From IMG/VR virus record IMGVR_UViG_3300020429_000539, positions 1-44,262 of that record: a stretch of 44,262 nt of DNA, one strand, 5' to 3'. Numbering within the stretch: position 1 is the first letter of the stretch; the number at the start of each line of letters is the position of its first letter. The notes under the pieces are model-generated. The model searched no databases. It was not told where the DNA came from and saw nothing but the letters and a program-made list of their open reading frames with translations. A program made the translations under genes and the position numbers. The DNA comes from a virus. Its lineage: Duplodnaviria; Heunggongvirae; Uroviricota; Caudoviricetes. Positions 43,356 through 44,262 of this stretch are shown piece after piece.

Positions 43356-44262
43356 TTACGCTTCGTATTCAACAAGATACCGCAGGTTGATATTGCTTGT
43401 GTCGAATGTAATCCATTCGTTGTTCTGCACGCCGCTCTTGCCGCGAAGTCCAGCGACGCTATCGCACCCTTTCGGAGGGGCAGTATAGCCTCGCGGACCA
43501 GGCGCGACAAACGGTTTTCCAACAACGACATCCGCGAGGAACATGAATGCGCCTCGACCTTGGACATGGCCTCCACCCCGCGCCCAATATGTCCCAGGAC
43601 GAGATGTGTAACCGTCGCTTTTCTTCCAGTCATCAGCAAAATAGCTACCAGGACCAAACATAGCGCCCGTGATTGCCACGCCCACAAGCTGCCTAGGCAT
43701 CCTCAATCCTTCGCGAAGGATGCCGGGGACATTGACCGATCGCGTTCCATGGAACAACAGGCTCGTGTTTGTCTTGTGGAACTTCTTCTGGTCAGTAGCG
43801 CTCAAGTCATGTCGTGCATCGGGCTGAAACGCAGGTCGCTCGATCTCACCCAAGCGACGGCCCTTGAAGCTTTCGAGCATCTGGTCAAAGCGGGGCATGA
43901 GGTCAACTTGACGGAATGCCCACATATTGAGAATGCGCATCTTGCCGACATGACCATGACGATTTGCGGTTGCCTGTGGCAGCCAGTTCTTGATGAAGTC
44001 GCCTTCGCGAGTCGCGTCGGTCATGTGCTTCATTTCGATACGAGCGCCATCGAATGGGTCTTGAACGACTTCGGTTGCATCGTCGTCGCCAATGCTAACA
44101 GCAACCAGGGCGTTCTCATATGCATCGAGGTCAGATCGCCAGCCGACGATGTTGTTTGAGCCCAGGATCCAGTTCTCGTCGCCGATGCGCTTGGTCTTAG
44201 GAATCAACCCATAAACAGCGCTCGTGATGTCAACGAGTTCGGCGTCATTCTTCTGGTCATCA
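43356..44262 (-). CDS. Poly(ADP-ribose) polymerase-like protein (5' partial)
   Basis: LLFHGT, GAMFGPGSYFADDWKKSDGY, MFLADVVVG, NNEWI give an H-Y-E triad; upstream YGLIP resembles the PARP regulatory domain; frame open to the window edge. Confidence 0.88.
   Translation of the reverse strand, partial: DDQKNDAELVDITSAVYGLIPKTKRIGDENWILGSNNIVGWRSDLDAYENALVAVSIGDDDATEVVQDPFDGARIEMKHMTDATREGDFIKNWLPQATANRHGHVGKMRILNMWAFRQVDLMPRFDQMLESFKGRRLGEIERPAFQPDARHDLSATDQKKFHKTNTSLLFHGTRSVNVPGILREGLRMPRQLVGVAITGAMFGPGSYFADDWKKSDGYTSRPGTYWARGGGHVQGRGAFMFLADVVVGKPFVAPGPRGYTAPPKGCDSVAGLRGKSGVQNNEWITFDTSNINLRYLVEYEA

Noticed and set aside
1-44262. Genome-wide TAG reassignment (code 15)
   Set aside because: Long conserved genes have no internal TAG and several end at TAG at their expected C-termini

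Overview
Gene-dense segment of what looks like a very large (jumbo/huge) bacteriophage genome. Essentially every real gene is on the minus strand, and many are coupled by ATGA overlaps. The GyrA signature [12 protein letters not shown]-x-VIYPTLVR and a PAP-type PEP-CTERM-like tail suggest a Planctomycetota/PVC host (inference). Contents: (1) two tRNA clusters sorted by amino acid (4x Pro + His-like + 2x Met; 5x Glu), plus a lone amber-suppressor tRNA(CUA); (2) small structured RNAs resembling Ro60-binding Y RNAs; (3) NAD+/ADP-ribose genes (NAMPT, NadD-like, CinA-like, Prs, NADAR, PARP); (4) translation and RNA-repair genes (Map, mini-ValRS lacking CP1, RNA ligase, SpoU methylase, SpoT-like HD hydrolase); (5) a PlcP + GT4 lipid-remodelling pair; (6) gyrA/gyrB, two AAA ATPases and many hypotheticals. 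The main hidden signal is absent from the ORF track. Three sigma70-like units appear to couple a 'codon sensor' to a matching translation component. A Pro-rich leader peptide using all four Pro codons precedes the tRNA-Pro cluster. A Glu leader with an overlapping hairpin precedes the tRNA-Glu cluster. A Pth2-like peptidyl-tRNA hydrolase gene is interrupted by two in-frame UAG codons, about 6 kb from the UAG-suppressor tRNA. A repeated CAGGTGAAA-N10-12-TAnnnT promoter-like motif, often leaderless, recurs about 11 times. All family calls are from motif recognition by eye; no searches were run.
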